A stretch of DNA of 64,000 nt from contig OZ024740.1 in assembly GCA_964016885.1 (NCBI GenBank), positions 93,248,001 through 93,312,000 of the forward strand, written 5' to 3'. This DNA comes from Eledone cirrhosa. Lineage: Eukaryota. Shown here in pieces: positions 1-13,407 of the stretch (its first letter is position 1; the number at the start of each line of letters is the position of its first letter). Made by a program: the position numbers and the translations under genes. The notes under the pieces were generated by a model that saw only the letters and a program-made list of their open reading frames with translations, made no database searches and was not told the DNA's origin.

Positions 1-186
1 TAAACGCAGAACTGGATATTTCAAAAAACTTTGCAACCGGAGGAAGACAGGAAGACGATACTTTGGTTCGTGGAAACGTTCGCTGGCAAAGAACGGGAAA
101 AAACGAATAATACGTCATTAATAGGAGTAGTGAAAAACAATTATGCGCAAAGACAGAACCACGTTTATGGTATAAAAGAGGTCGTT
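1..186 (-). repeat. Inverted partial pseudo-LTR of the PLE (reverse complement of ~2016-2200)
   Basis: Near-identical reverse complement; an inverted 5' pLTR is typical of PLEs. Confidence 0.85.
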
Positions 187-1294
187 TCCCCAACGCGGAC
201 TGTGGTTTGTACCGTGGCGATGGTTTTAGTCCATGACTAAGTGCGGACCTCGTGCTTGCGACAGGTTCAGAAAAGAACTCACAGCCTTCTTTAAAGGATT
301 CGACCACTCTATACAGTTTGAGGCCAATCTCTCGGTCGTTATTTACCTCGACGTTACCCTCAATTTATTGAATGGGTCGTATTACCCGTAGAGAAAGCCG
401 AATGATACGCTTAATTAGATAAGTAAGCATTCCAACCATCCTGCCAGCATAACCAAGAACCTGGCAAGAAACGTTTCGTTGAGGCTTTCCCGTCTTTCCA
501 CCAACGAGCGTGTTTTCAACGACCATTCCACTTATTACAATGAAGCTCTTGCTCGAAGTGGATTTGTCGATAAGGTAGCATATACAGAGTACGAAAGTAG
601 ACCGAGAAGAAATAGATCCCGTCGCATTTGTTGGTATAACACACCATATATTATGGAGGTTGCCACACCATTAGCTAAGATCTTTCTTTCCCTTATTACG
701 AAGCATTTTCCACCTACGCATAAATATAGTAACATTTTTGATAGAAATACTATTAAAATGTCTTACTCTACGACTCCTATCCTTGCACATAACATCACAG
801 CTTCAAATTTAGCTAAACTACCTAGCCGTAGGAACACGTGCAACCCTGTAGTTAGTACTAACTGTAATTGTAGGAATTGGGCTGATTTCCCCCTATCCGT
901 GAAATGCCTCTCTAGTAACGCTGTCTACAAATGTAAGGTTGTAACACCCACGTCCCGTAGGGCCTACATAGGGTTAACCGCCAATAGCTTCAAGCAGCGT
1001 CATTACATGCATATCCATTCTTTTCGTTACCCTCTAAGAAGTAATATGACGTCACTTTCAGCTTATATCTGGAGTCTAAAAGACAACCACACCCAATATA
1101 AGTTACACTGGGAGATCCTAGCTAGGGCTAGATCGTATAACGTTAATAAAAGACCATGAGACGCTGAGGCCCTGGAAATACTCTACGCCACAGACCACAT
1201 CATGAACAAAAAATCTGAGACAATTTCGGCTTGTAAACATAAATTGCACAAAACTTTCCTGTATTACAGCCCCACGTTATACCCTAACGGATAG
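187..1294 (+). mobile_element. Penelope-like element, 5'-truncated: RT C-terminus plus GIY-YIG endonuclease (degenerate)
   Basis: Translation gives LDVTLNL..SNHP (RT thumb), CNCRN..PL..KCL, NAVYKCKV..AYIGLTANSFKQR (GIY-YIG) and a C-terminal MNKKSETISACKH; several stops. Confidence 0.9.
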
Positions 1295-1869
1295 TACGAT
1301 CTATACGTGGATATTTTACGTCTTGATGTGGGAGCTAAGTATATGTTTTGTTTATTTCTTTGCTTATTTGCATAGGTAAGTATATATTACCCGTATGTTT
1401 TGTGAAGGTACGTATAACTTCTCGTACCTATATTTGATTGTTATGGCATATAATTTTATATTTTCTGGTACATAGGGTTTGGCTATGTGTATATGGGAGT
1501 TTTGCGTCTGTGTGAGTATGTAGGTTCGTACGTATGGTGGGTGTGTGTATATGTGTACTTCTTGTTTTATTTGACTTACGTCTCCGAACATTCGTGTATT
1601 TATATGTAGGTATGTGTGTGCGCTTGTTATATACGTATTTATTTATTTATATACGTTTATATAATTTTTTATTTGTATACACGCATACACACACACACAT
1701 TTATATGTGCGTGGTTTTGTATACCTATGGTAAGGTTTTGCGTATGCTTGTGTATGTACGTATTTGTTTGCGTGTATGCATTTATTTATTTCTATTACTT
1801 CTGTATTAGATTTATTTACTCTGTTCTTAACTCTGTAGCGGAGATTCATTTGGTCTCCTAGGTAGAATT

Positions 1870-2282
1870 TTAGTCTACGACTTCTGCTATACCATTTGCG
1901 TGGTTTTGTCTTTGCTTGTTATTGTTCTCCACGATCCACATATGACGTATTATCTTCGTTGTTTCGTTCATTGCCAGAGAACGTCTCTATGCACCACCTA
2001 AGAGAACATTAGTCTACGACCTCTTTTATACCATAAACGTGGTTCTGTCTTTGCGCGTAATTGTTTTTCAGCGCTCCTATTAATGACGTATTATTCGTTT
2101 TTTCCCGTTCTTTGCCAGCGAACGTTTCCACGAACCAAAGTATCGTCTTCTTGTCTTCCTCCGCTTGCAACGTTTTTTGAAATATGCAGTTCTGCGTTTA
2201 CAGATTGACTTTGTTAGTTTCAGAAGATCCCGTTAAGGGTGAAAGCAGCGATTCTTTGCTTAAACTTTAATCTGTTATTTTA
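1870..2282 (+). repeat. 3' pseudo-LTR of the PLE with a diverged internal duplication; another copy at ~39767-40030
   Basis: 1870-1995 resembles 2010-2140; ~2027-2280 matches ~39767-40022; ends at (TA)n. Confidence 0.8.
2200..2275 (+). ncRNA. Type I hammerhead-like motif, core CAGAAGA
   Basis: AGTTT-CAGAAGA-T-CCC gttaa GGG-T-GAAA-GCAG..TTGC-T-T-AAACT; distal stem I ACAGATTGA/TTAATCTGT beyond a bulge. Confidence 0.7.
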
Positions 2283-2307
2283 ATAAATATATATATATAT
2301 ATATATA

Positions 2308-4420
2308 ACTTTGTCAATTTTGATTGGTTTCTGCCAGTATTGGCCCAGGGCATGTCTAACTTAATAGCACAACCTCGCGAAGTCTTTGGACACCAGCAGT
2401 TGGGCACCATGGCCCACAAATGTAGGGTGTAGGAGGTTTATCCGGAATTCCTTGAAGGAATCTGTCCAAAGACTTCTTGAACTTTCTGGGCTCTGTTTCT
2501 GTATTAATGTGTTTTGGTGTAATGTTAAAGAGAGCGGTCCAATTGAGGAGAAATAATTGTGCGGTATTGTTTGTTGAGATGCGAGTGAGATTTGTGTAGT
2601 GGGCGGATAGCACGAGGTTCTAGCCTTGCGAGAACTTTAAAGGTGATGGCAACATCATTTTGGCAATGGTAATGAAATATTTTTCACATCATGCAGATAA
2701 GGTAGGCTCACGGTTACGCTGGAGAGAATAAAGATTCAGCTTTTCTAAACGACTCCAATAGTCATGGCCTGTCATGTGAGGTTTGAGGTGCTTCGACTTT
2801 CATAAAACTTTGTTACGTGTGGGGAGACCACACTGGCCAACAGTATTCAAAGTGGGGTCGGGCAAAAGTGGACAAGAGAAGGATAACAGTATGGATATCT
2901 CTCGACATGTTGCGTGTCATGTCTACTTTGCTGCTTATATGTGTGGCTCAGCTTATGTTGTTGTCCACAAGTACTCCCAAGACTGATGTTGCTGGATGCT
3001 ATGAGAGTTACACCCGAAGGAAGAGAGGAGTATGACAGCTTCAGGCATTCTCTTTACCAAAGTGGATTAACTCGAATTTATCCTCATTCAGCAGCATATT
3101 TTTCATTTCTGCCCATTGGTTAAGAGCAAGTAGGTCCTAATGAAGTCAAGTCTGGCCACCCACCTAATTGATGACCTTCTGCAGCTTGGAATAATCTTCA
3201 AACATTCTTATGTTGCTGTACTTGATGATGTCAATAATGTCATTAATGTAGATGATGAAATGAAGAGGGTCCTGCAGAGTGCCTTGCGGGATGCCACTGC
3301 TGACTTTGGCTGAACATGCTGTTACTCCTTCGACTATAACATGTTGGGCTCTGTCTGTCAGGAAACACTTGATCATATGTAGCAACTTTCCAGAGGCACC
3401 AATGTTGGATAGCTTTTTGAATATAGCCTTATGATCAACCCTGTGAATTGCTTTGTTGAAATGATGGTAGATGACATCAGTGTTGGAGCCACCCAACAAA
3501 CCCACCTCCCAGCTCTCAATATATCATCAAAGTGATGCACGACGTGCGTTAGGCAGTCCCTTCCATTACGGAACACATGTTGCTTGGAGTTCAGCAGCCT
3601 GTTGTTTCGAGAATCTTATTCTTGATCTCTCCACTCACTCAAATACCTTGATGATATGAGAGGTAAGTGAGATCGGACTGTAACACACTGCAAGAAAGCT
3701 TTCAGGAATTTAGCCAGCTTTCTGTAAGTTCCTCCACTGATTAGCAAGAGGCGATGCAAGTTGTTGTCGACAGACCATCAGGACATAAGCAGGGAACCTA
3801 TCGGTGTCTACTGCATGATTGTGTTTAATTTCGTTTATTGCCGTTAAGATATCAGGGGCGCCGAACGTTATGTCCGATAGAGGGTGTTGGGGATTAACAT
3901 CACTGACAACAGCCACGATTGGCCATATCAGTATTCCTGAAAACAGTAGTATTGTTTCTGCATTATCTCTGCCATGGCATTGGCATGAACTTGGAGTGTG
4001 CCATGTTCATCAATTTGAGGGCCAGCAGCAGAGACAGAGACCTTGTCGCTTTTTCTCAAATGTAAAGAACACTTTGGGGTTGCGCTTGATTTTCTCAATG
4101 GCCAATTTCTCCTCAGCTGTGATTTAGTTATTCATGATGGTCTTCGTGCAATTTTGGAGGTTATATTGCTTTGATTTAAGCAGTGCGATAGACATCAAAT
4201 GTGTGTATTACTGTTGGCAATATTTTAGATCTTTTTATTTTTCTGATAATAGATTTTTCTATTTTGGAGGTTGCTGCACTTAGTTTTCTTCACTGGTGTT
4301 GGTGGGGTGTGTTATGCACATATATTTGTGACATGTTGGTAAAAATGAGTGTGTGTGTAAAGGACCAGTCAACATGTGATAGCTCGTTCATGATTGCATC
4401 CCACGTGGGGCATGATAGAA
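2308..4420 (-). mobile_element. Degenerate CR1-group LINE (RT region and 3' end)
   Basis: KVSSGIPQGTLQDPLHFIIYINDI..IRMFEDYSKL and FKKSLDRFLQGIPDKP; 3' end shared with the 50740-52118 copy. Confidence 0.8.
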
Positions 4421-4458
4421 ATCCATGTTATCAAATATATATATATATATATATATAT

Positions 4459-4638
4459 ATAGGAACCAGTAAGACCCCGACAGCTGAGCTCAAGCCGTTT
4501 CGACGGCTAATTCGCCGTCGAAACGGCTTGAGCTCAGCTGTCGGGGTCTTACTGGTTCCTATTACCCACTCTACTACCTCAAGTATTGAGTACTTTGGTG
4601 CGTTATGGTCCACCTGGTTCCTTACCACATTTCCTTCG

Positions 4639-4640
<2 letters not shown>
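4459..4640 (+). mobile_element. Short fold-back element in (TA)n, with the 3' half of an HHR-like motif
   Basis: Palindrome 4459-4562 (about 49 bp arms, 6 nt spacer); (TA)n on both sides; related copies at 58416-58620 and 60822-60965. Confidence 0.75.
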
Positions 4641-4689
<49 letters not shown>

Positions 4690-4752
4690 CATATATGTAT
4701 ATGTATGTATGTGTGTGTGCATGTGTATGTGCCTGTGTGTGTGACTCTGGGT

Positions 4753-4805
<53 letters not shown>

Positions 4806-7599
4806 AATAATTTTGAAATGGATATAGATACCACTGCTACTTATAACTAAAACATAACGGAGACGCAAGTGAATGTAAACCAGGAAATATTAGACGGGAT
4901 CTGGATAAGCTAATAGGAACACTCACGGAAATAATCCATTTCTAATCTCTGATGTAGATAATGATATATGAAGCATCGTTCCTTCTCAATGTGTAATATA
5001 TACAAAGAACAAAAGATCGATGGAAGAATATTATGACTACGTATATTCGCAAAAATAGGGAGATTAATGTGTATCATCCTAAGGTTTCGATTTTCTAACA
5101 TAAGTATTGATTTGAATTATTTCCAGATGCTGCAAACTGTAAAGTTATTCAAAATCTGATTAACAAGGATATGCGTTGCTGGTTGTGTAAAGCTATGTAC
5201 AAGCAAACAGTTAACTGGCCAGATAATTCTATGAAGCACAATTATAAAAACCATGAGCATTTCTCGGAGGAGAAAATATTTTAAGAAATACACATTGAAA
5301 TCAGTAATACAGCACATATATACCGTACGCATATGTCAACAGTATAAAGCATTTCAAACAAACGACGACACAGTAAAACCTAAGGAGATTAGGCAACATA
5401 GATTTTACATAAACAGAAAATAATTTTGAAAACAAATTAAGCACACTGTTGTATATGAAGAATTGGCAGAATCCGTTGCATTGGGTAAAATAAATGGAAT
5501 AATAAAATGTCGACGACGAAAATAAATTCACGTATTTCAGGCTGAGTGCGCAATTTTCGAGAAGTAATATAAGGATGCAGCCGGTAATTGTCTTTATTTT
5601 ATTGTGACCAGTGATATAAACATGTCTCAACTTACCTGAGATTTGAAAACAACACGTATAGACATGATACTAAATACTATTACATATTCAGTCTTGCACT
5701 TTAAAACTAATTCTTAACCAGCAAAAGGAAGAAAACAGTAAAATATTGAGAAAAGAGAAAAGTAAAAAAAAATATATATATATTTGTCTCTAGAACTTGA
5801 TTGGTGAGAGAAAAAAAATATCCAAATACCTCGAAATGAATAATACATAATAAAATACAAATTGGATATACCCATCCAAAATTTAATCAATTTGATTTGT
5901 GTTTACTAAGAGGAATGGAAAAAAAAAATTTGTTCTGATATATTCTATATCTATGACAGCAGAAGCAGGCAAATCGTTAGATAATTAAACATCCAAAATA
6001 GTGATCACACATGCACACACACATGCATATACACATGTATCTATCTATCTACCTATATATATATGATGCCCCCCCCCCCCCCCCCCACCCACCCCTTGCC
6101 AAAAGCCCCTTAACCGTGTCCTGCTAAAAGGATTCCCTCCCTCCCCAACACCACCAATCTCGACATGGAGGTGGAAAAGGAAACTAAAAGGTAAGTGTTC
6201 CTGCCTTTTCTCTCATTAACTCTTCTTCAACAACATGGCGAGTATATTAGTGGGATGTTTGAATGTACGTGGCCTGGGAATGTCCTGGAAACAGGGCCAG
6301 CTTTTAAATGATCTCAGATCACATTGTATAGATGTGATAGGCATCACCGAGTCAATGATTCACGACAAGCAGCAGCTAACCCACATGTTCGATGATTCTG
6401 AGATCTACGCATCTTGCTGTCAGCCAGGTGGTGGATGGGGAGTTGGCGTACTCTTTCGAAAAAACTTGGATGTCAACATACAGACGATTCACTTGGAACC
6501 GGAGGGCAGCCTGGTGGTCCTGGACGTGAATGGTAGTGAAGGTCGAGCTTTCGGACTGGTTGCCCTATATTTCCCGACTGGAACATCACGACCAGAGTTC
6601 TTCAAGCCTGTGCAGCGATTCCTGGGAACGTCTCGCTTCTTAGTGTTAGCGGGGGACTGGAATGGCATCTTAGACGCACGTTGGGACTATGTAGGTACTT
6701 GTGATAATAGAGGAGGGAGGAATAGCCTCAAAAATCTCATCAGCCAATTCCATCTGGCTGATAGATATTGACTAGACTTCCCAAGTGCACCACTGTGGAC
6801 GTGGAACAACCGCACTCGGTCTTCTAGATCGTATTTAGATATATCTTTAATTAGACAGAATGATAAGGAAACATTAAGCTGTCCACAAATGCACATGGTT
6901 GCCTATTGAGACCACAAATTAGTCACCTACGTAGTCAACCTTGATAGAACACATAGACAGGCACCCGGATACTGGAAGCTAAACATGTCGCTCCCGGCGC
7001 GTAAGACCTACTGTAAATGGATCAGCACCTTAGTTAAGTGCCAGTTGACGGGGGTGAACGATAACAACAGGTGGTGAAGCGCTCTGAAGAGATAAATTAG
7101 AATAGAATCGATAGCATTTAGCAAGGATGTAGCTTTAGAAAAAAACAAAACTGTAAAGGAACTGGTAGTTAAAATAGAAGAGGAATTTAGGAATGGCAGT
7201 ACAGCTGACGTGATAGCGGCGAGAACGGCACTAGACCAGTTCTTCAACGTGAAACACGAAGGTTGTATTGTCAGAAGTAGAACAGGTGCTCTAAGAAACG
7301 AGGGAGCCAAAGCTGTTAGCTGGGTCCGAGTGACAGGGGCGAAAAGTGGCAAGACATCCACAATTCGGTCTTTGCAAGACAATGATGGTGCATTATACTT
7401 GAATCCAAGCAGATATGCACGGCCTTCCAGCAGCATTTTACACAACTGTTTGGGCAAAGCAGTAGGTCGAGCGAGGTGATGGACTTCAGCACCTAATTCG
7501 ACGGCGTACCACGACTCTCGAACACGGATGCAGGGGCTGCGAAAGGCCGATCTCAAGCGAGCGGAATAGAATATGCACTAGGCCGCTGCGGGAAACGCA

Positions 7600-9140
7600 T
7601 AAAGGAAAGGAATGTTTCTCTTTGTTGAATATAAGTGACGAATGTGGTTGAGGTATATAAGTACCAATTTAGCGGAGAAGTATTTAGAGAGTTGTAATGT
7701 CGCCACGAGGAACCAGGTTTGGTAGAAAGATATGATAGGGATTTCGACAACGACTTTAGCTTGTTTTTACATTGTTTATTAACCAAGGTTAAGAAGTGAA
7801 TTAGGCTGGCATGCCAAGAGAAATGAAACAAATCAATTAAGATGACAAGAGAAAATACGGGCGACTGGCTGAAGGCGTTTGGCCAGGCTCGTAGGTAATC
7901 TTTTGTCGTTACATATTGTTTGTGCTTACGGAGCAAAAGAACAAGCGTGTTTTACCTTAGCATGGTCCAGCTGCGAGTGATAGCATCCTCAAATCTTTGC
8001 GGGCTATTTCTCCATCAGAACGCGTAGGGATACATCCTCTTCTACTGGCGCTGATTGGCTGACCTGAGCCAAATCACGCACAGAGAATGTATGTCAGACC
8101 GCGGAATGTAGGTCACTACATCACCTCCGAGCAGATTTTTAGCCGAAAATCGTTAACGATGAAGCCGAGGACCCACAGAATATTGAATCAGTAAGAACAA
8201 ATGCTAAAAGAGCACATCAGTGAAAAGATAATTGAGCAGAAAGATGCTTACAAGGAAAGAAAATGAAGCGCGACGGGCCGTGTTGAGCCGCAGTCAAATG
8301 ACTAGCTGTTTTGTAGTTTATACGTGACCACCAAAGGTCTACCAGAAAACAGATAAAGTTTGACATGGGCGAAGTTGCTGTTCTTGCATTAAATGTTAAT
8401 GGTAAGTGTTGTACCAGTAGCTGTGAACGAAGCTATTATGGTAGTTTACCAGTACTGGCAACAAGATGATGGATAGTCGAGAAAATGTTGGCCTACCAGA
8501 TGTATTGCCGAATGTGCTAGGGAGCCAGGAAAAAATGGCTGGTTGCTTTGAAAATAAAAAAAGCAAGTTTAATCTGTAGGTGGGTTGCAGTTCCATGTAA
8601 TACAGCAAAGAAAATGTGTGCGTGCGGTCAATATACAATGATAGAGAGAAATGAATGTTCATATAATACAGTATAAAAAAAATAAATGTCCAAAATAAAT
8701 GCCTGAAAAAAAAAGGAAGAAATAAATAATTGTTTCTTTTCTTTTAACAAAAAGTTCGCTTCATTTTTCTTTGGTAACGCTCTTACTAGGGAGCTAATAG
8801 AGTTGCTGTTGCAAAGTCACAATGAATCTTCTGTGGAGTAGAAGTCGAACGTTGAAGAAACCAGTGTCACCAAATATGGCAGCCACGTCTGACGCCATAA
8901 TGGTGAGAAAACTAATGTCTTAATTTCTCGAGTCCTTGTGGTAACGACACAGAATGTATGGTGGTTGCGTCGGTAAAGTTACAAGCCGTTTCCTGGTGTT
9001 GGTTAATAGTTAGCCATGTGATGCTGCTGAAGGCTGGTACTTGGTAGGGATACATCCTCTTCTACTGGCGCTGATTGGCTGAGCTGAGCCAAATCACGCA
9101 CAGAGAATATATGTGAGCCCGCGGAATGTAGGTCACTACA
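7600..9140 (-). mobile_element. Internally deleted LTR-retrotransposon remnant inserted in the Tx1
   Basis: Direct repeats 8024-8120 and 9044-9140, both starting TGTAGTGACC on the minus strand; purine-rich tract before the LTR at 8121-8130; 7661-8120 matches the solo copy at 62108-62554. Left boundary approximate. Confidence 0.6.
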
Positions 9141-11079
9141 TGCAAATCACTCGGTTTAGATGGTCTACCTTATAAGTTTTGCATAGGCATACCAGACTTG
9201 TTCTCTGGCATCCTCAAAGCGGCCTACTGCAACTGGGAGCAAAACGGGGGGATTCCCAGTTCTTTAGGCAGAGGCGTAGTAACGTTAATCAGGAAAGATG
9301 AGATCAAGAGAGATGAGATAAGCAATTTCTGGCCCATAACTCTGCTCAACACAGAGTTAAAGATTTTGGCCAAGGCGTTAGCAGCAAGGCTGGCGCCTGT
9401 CGTCGAGAACATGGTAGGGGAAGCGCAAACGTGTGCAATCCCAAACAGGTGCATACACGGAAACCTCCACCTCATGCGATACATCATAGCGAGGGTAGGG
9501 TGTAAACCTGTCTTCGGTGGGGCTCTGATCAATTTACATCATTCTTAGGCATTTGATAGGGTCGACCATCAATATTTGGAAGCAGTTCTCAAGGCAGCCG
9601 GCTTCGGTCCCGCCGTCTTCAGAGGCTGGATTGCTGCCATGCACACCAGCATCTGCTCGGCAGTCAAGGTGAATGACTACGTATCAGAGGCATTCTAAAT
9701 CATGCGTTCCATCTTTCAGGGATGCCATCTCTCTTCAATTCTATATGTAGTGACTCTCGAGCCGTTACTGTGGAATTTGGAGCTGTTGCAGGGCGTCCCG
9801 ATCGAACCAGTACTGCGGAAAGCAGCGTCAGGACTATGCCGGCGACATAAACGTAATGGTCTCGAAAACCTCGGAAATCGGAGTAATTGTCAATATATGA
9901 CAGGAATACGAAACGTTGACATGATCAAGACTAAACCCAACCAGGTCTGTAGGTTTGCAACTCGGCACATTGAGAGGCAAACCCATGCTTTCCGACAGTG
10001 TCATTGCGCGCTTGACGGAAGGACCGGTGAAGTTGCTCGGGGTCTGTTTGGTCCGGATCTCCAGGGGGACAGGAACTGGAACGAGGTCACGGCGAAGGTG
10101 TTTGCACTCACACAGAAGTGGGCTGAGTGCAAACTCTCCTTGAAACGTCGAGCGAAGGTGGTGAACACTTACATAGTATCCGTAATCTACTATCGCTTGA
10201 CAGTCGTGCCTTGACCCCGCGAATACCTTAGCAAAGTGGAACACGTACTTTTCAAGTTCCTCTGGAAAAAAACACGCTCCATTGGTGAGGAGATCCATCT
10301 GCTGTCAACACCCTTCTAAGGGATGGCTAGGCATGCCGTGACTGATGATCCGAAACACGCGCTGGGGCTACGTCATCTCCAGGTATTCCTGACCGGTAAA
10401 CCGGTATGGCAGTCGTTTGTAAGACAAGCTCTTCCACAGCTCCTTTCACTAACAGAGCTTCTGTCGTGGGTCACGCAGCGAAGACCGAAAATGGGTGCCT
10501 GGAACACCGAGTGTCTACAGGCGCTCACAGTCCTCTGCCAAGCGGAAACAGCAATCAGCGGAGACTCCACTTCAGCATTCTATAGGGGATTAGTGGAGGA
10601 TAAGCGTGACGACGTTCTCGGGAGCTATAGGCATCGAGGAGGACGAGCAGAACACTCTGTTCGGGAGGACTTTCCGCCCACGGCCTATGGATAACATCAA
10701 GAGTTTTCTGGCCTGGCAGTGCTACATATGAGCTCCACCAGTCCAAGACAAAATCTACAGGCACGGACGCCCTGGCAGAGATCCTCCCAAAAGCAAATGT
10801 CCAAGATGCGAGCAAGCAGGACATCGAAACCATTCTCCACGCAATTGTTCAGTGCCCAGGGGTGACCGAACTGTGGAATGATGTCGACCACCTACTGTCA
10901 CGTGTGGGACGCATCCAGTTGTCAGCCGAGACTATCGTGATGATCACCCCGCTGCCTTCATTTAATAACGGAGGAAAGGCGGTTTTTCTCTGCCTGGTGG
11001 CTATGGCGAAAGAGGAAATATGGTGGACGAGGTTAAAAGGAATGAGGGCAAACACCTTTCTCTCCGGACAGCAACTTAT

Positions 11080-12828
11080 GAACAACAACAACAACAGGGA
11101 CTGAGAAGATGTGTGTCTGCGAGCTGTGTGAGTTGGTTATTTGTTTAAGTTTTGCATTGAAATAATTGTATTTTTTTTGACAAAGGGGTAATAAGACACC
11201 CATATTTCCCCTGCGTAACGGCGACCCCATAATATCTGGGCATTTGGGCCCAAATATTATAACTTTATTTTTTTGGAAAATCCCAACCTGAAAAAAAAAA
11301 AATGAACGAGACACACCATCCAACATTAGGTCTGCCGTGTCAGGATAGCGATTTGAAGGTTGAAAGGAGAGACACAATAACCACAATTCTGGACACAGAG
11401 AAATTAATTACAGACCGAACTTGCAAAATGAAATTACCAACACTACCACGGGCAGCATGAATAAGGACAGAAACAACAGCAACCTCTGTACTCGTTGTTG
11501 TTATAGTCACTTCGAAGAGTGCGACAAACATGTTTGACAGTCAGCAATTGAAGATAAACAGGCGGTAAAAACAGAAATCACAACGGTACCAGCAGCACAA
11601 CTAGTGGACTTTGAAAGAAAACTTGCATTATGACTACTTTCTCGATTGGGAATCAGTGAATTAGTGTTTGATAGCAAGTACAGCAACAAACTGACACAAC
11701 ATCACCGGCAGCAGCAACAACGGCGACGACGACGACGGAAACAGCAGTGTATACATGGCAGAGAGATGGGTTTTTTTAATGACGCCATTTTTCTTGGGGG
11801 CATATTTGTTCAATGCAAAGTTCAAATTGGAATTTCACCTAGGAAGGGTAATTAACAATTAATGTCGACCACTTCAAGAGAAACGGGGTGTGTTTAGAAA
11901 CAAAACAATATAATTTTTTCAAAATACGTTCGCAATTGAACTGTACAAATATCGCAAACAAGCGGCAAAAGAATTCCTGCGACATGTATATTTCCACAAT
12001 AATAATCCAGCTGTCAGCGACGAGTCTCGCTTTCCTTTTCGTCCTTTTCCTCTTCCTTTTTCGTTTCGTCATCGCCACACAGTACATGTCAGGCAAAAAC
12101 CATTTCGTTCACTTCGTCATCAAGCAGCGGTTGAGAAGTGGATGATGTTGTTGCGGTCTTGACAATAACACCTGTGGTGACAAAGCACAAACCAGAATGC
12201 GGAACCTTCTCGTGTGGCGGCCTTCGTGGACGTCCGGTCTGCTCGGTCGGATGCCCGAAAGGATATGTCAAATTCGAATCTGTATACACCCAGAGTTGCG
12301 ACGTGGGAGACACATCGTTTTTTTTTCTTTTTTCTTTATCAACAACCGGAGCTGTAAGACCCGTCCTACATCTCCGGAAGTTACTTCTCATTGCGGGTGA
12401 TGTCAAATCCTATGCGGGTAGTTCCAGGACGATCCGACAAGACTTCGTGCCATTTCCTGCTCAACTTGCCGACGTATCTTCCACAGGATCTGCAGCGGCC
12501 TGACTCGAATACAGAAAAAGAGTCTTCAAGGCTTCGTGTGTGGCTTCTGTCGGAGAATAATGTCGTGCCTACCATCCTCCCTGCAGCGATCTCCATTCGC
12601 CGATGTCAAATCTGCCATGCAAAAATTCGTTCAGACAAACCCCCCTCTTTTGATCTACATATACTCTGCGGTGAAGAGGCGAAGTCATCTTTGAAACATC
12701 TGGCTACGATGCCCTGCATTGGCGATCGAGAGATGCCATCACCAACTCTCACAGTCGCATTTCTAGAGCTTCTGAGGAGTATTCTCAGACGCCTGAGCTG
12801 AATAAAAAACAAAACAAAAAAAAAACAA
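11080..12828 (+). mobile_element. Unclassified 1.75 kb insertion with AATAAA, A-rich tail and TSD
   Basis: CAACTTAT at 11072-11079 and 12829-12836; AATAAA at 12801 followed by an A-rich tail; removing it rejoins the Tx1 frame. Confidence 0.7.
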
Positions 12829-13256
12829 CAACTTATCCCCTTCTTTAAGTATCATTTCAGGAGGAAGGTGAGAGTGGAGAGAGAGGTGCTACACCCTAGT
12901 AAATTCGCTGAAAGGTGGGTGAATGTGGCGAAAATGAACCGAATGAATGGGCCTCCTCTGTATATAAACTTGTAGGTTGAGGAAGATAAACAGAGGGAAG
13001 AGAGGAACACCTACAAAACGTGTTCCTGGTGGTGAGGGTTGTTCTATCCACGGGGTGTAAACAACCCTGCAGTAACGTCCCTCCTATTGGAGATTTCAAT
13101 TGTTGTTTTATTATATATAGTTTATTGTTATTTATTAATGTTAAATATATTTTCATGTAAAACCCCCGTAGTCACGTCTTGTAATGTCCCACTGTTGTAC
13201 GCCTCTGTGGCAAATAAAGAAATATATCTATCTATCTATCTATATATTTATCTATA

Positions 13257-13301
<45 letters not shown>

Positions 13302-13310
13302 CTGTCTCTG

Positions 13311-13407
<97 letters not shown>

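Larger units (their letters stand above)
6100..13222 (+). mobile_element. Tx1/L1-like LINE ORF2 (APE endonuclease, RT, C-terminal zinc region), degenerate and interrupted at ~7600-9140 and 11080-12828
   Basis: VGCLNVRGL, LVLAGDWNGIL, PGYWKLN, KSLGLDGLPY, FWPITLLNTELKILAK, FQGCHLS; frame resumes at ~12837 (FFKYHFRRKVRVERE); 3' end AATAAAGAAAT as in the 28758 copy. Confidence 0.9.

Noticed and set aside
4201-4868. ORFs rich in YI, CV and HT repeats (also at 13039, 45390, 46470, 56561, 58191 and elsewhere)
   Set aside because: Translations of (TA)n and (TG)n microsatellites.
12606-12812. Host exon following a minus-strand polypyrimidine-CAG acceptor
   Set aside because: The T-tract is better explained as the A-rich tail of the TSD-flanked insert, and the frames are short and unrecognisable.
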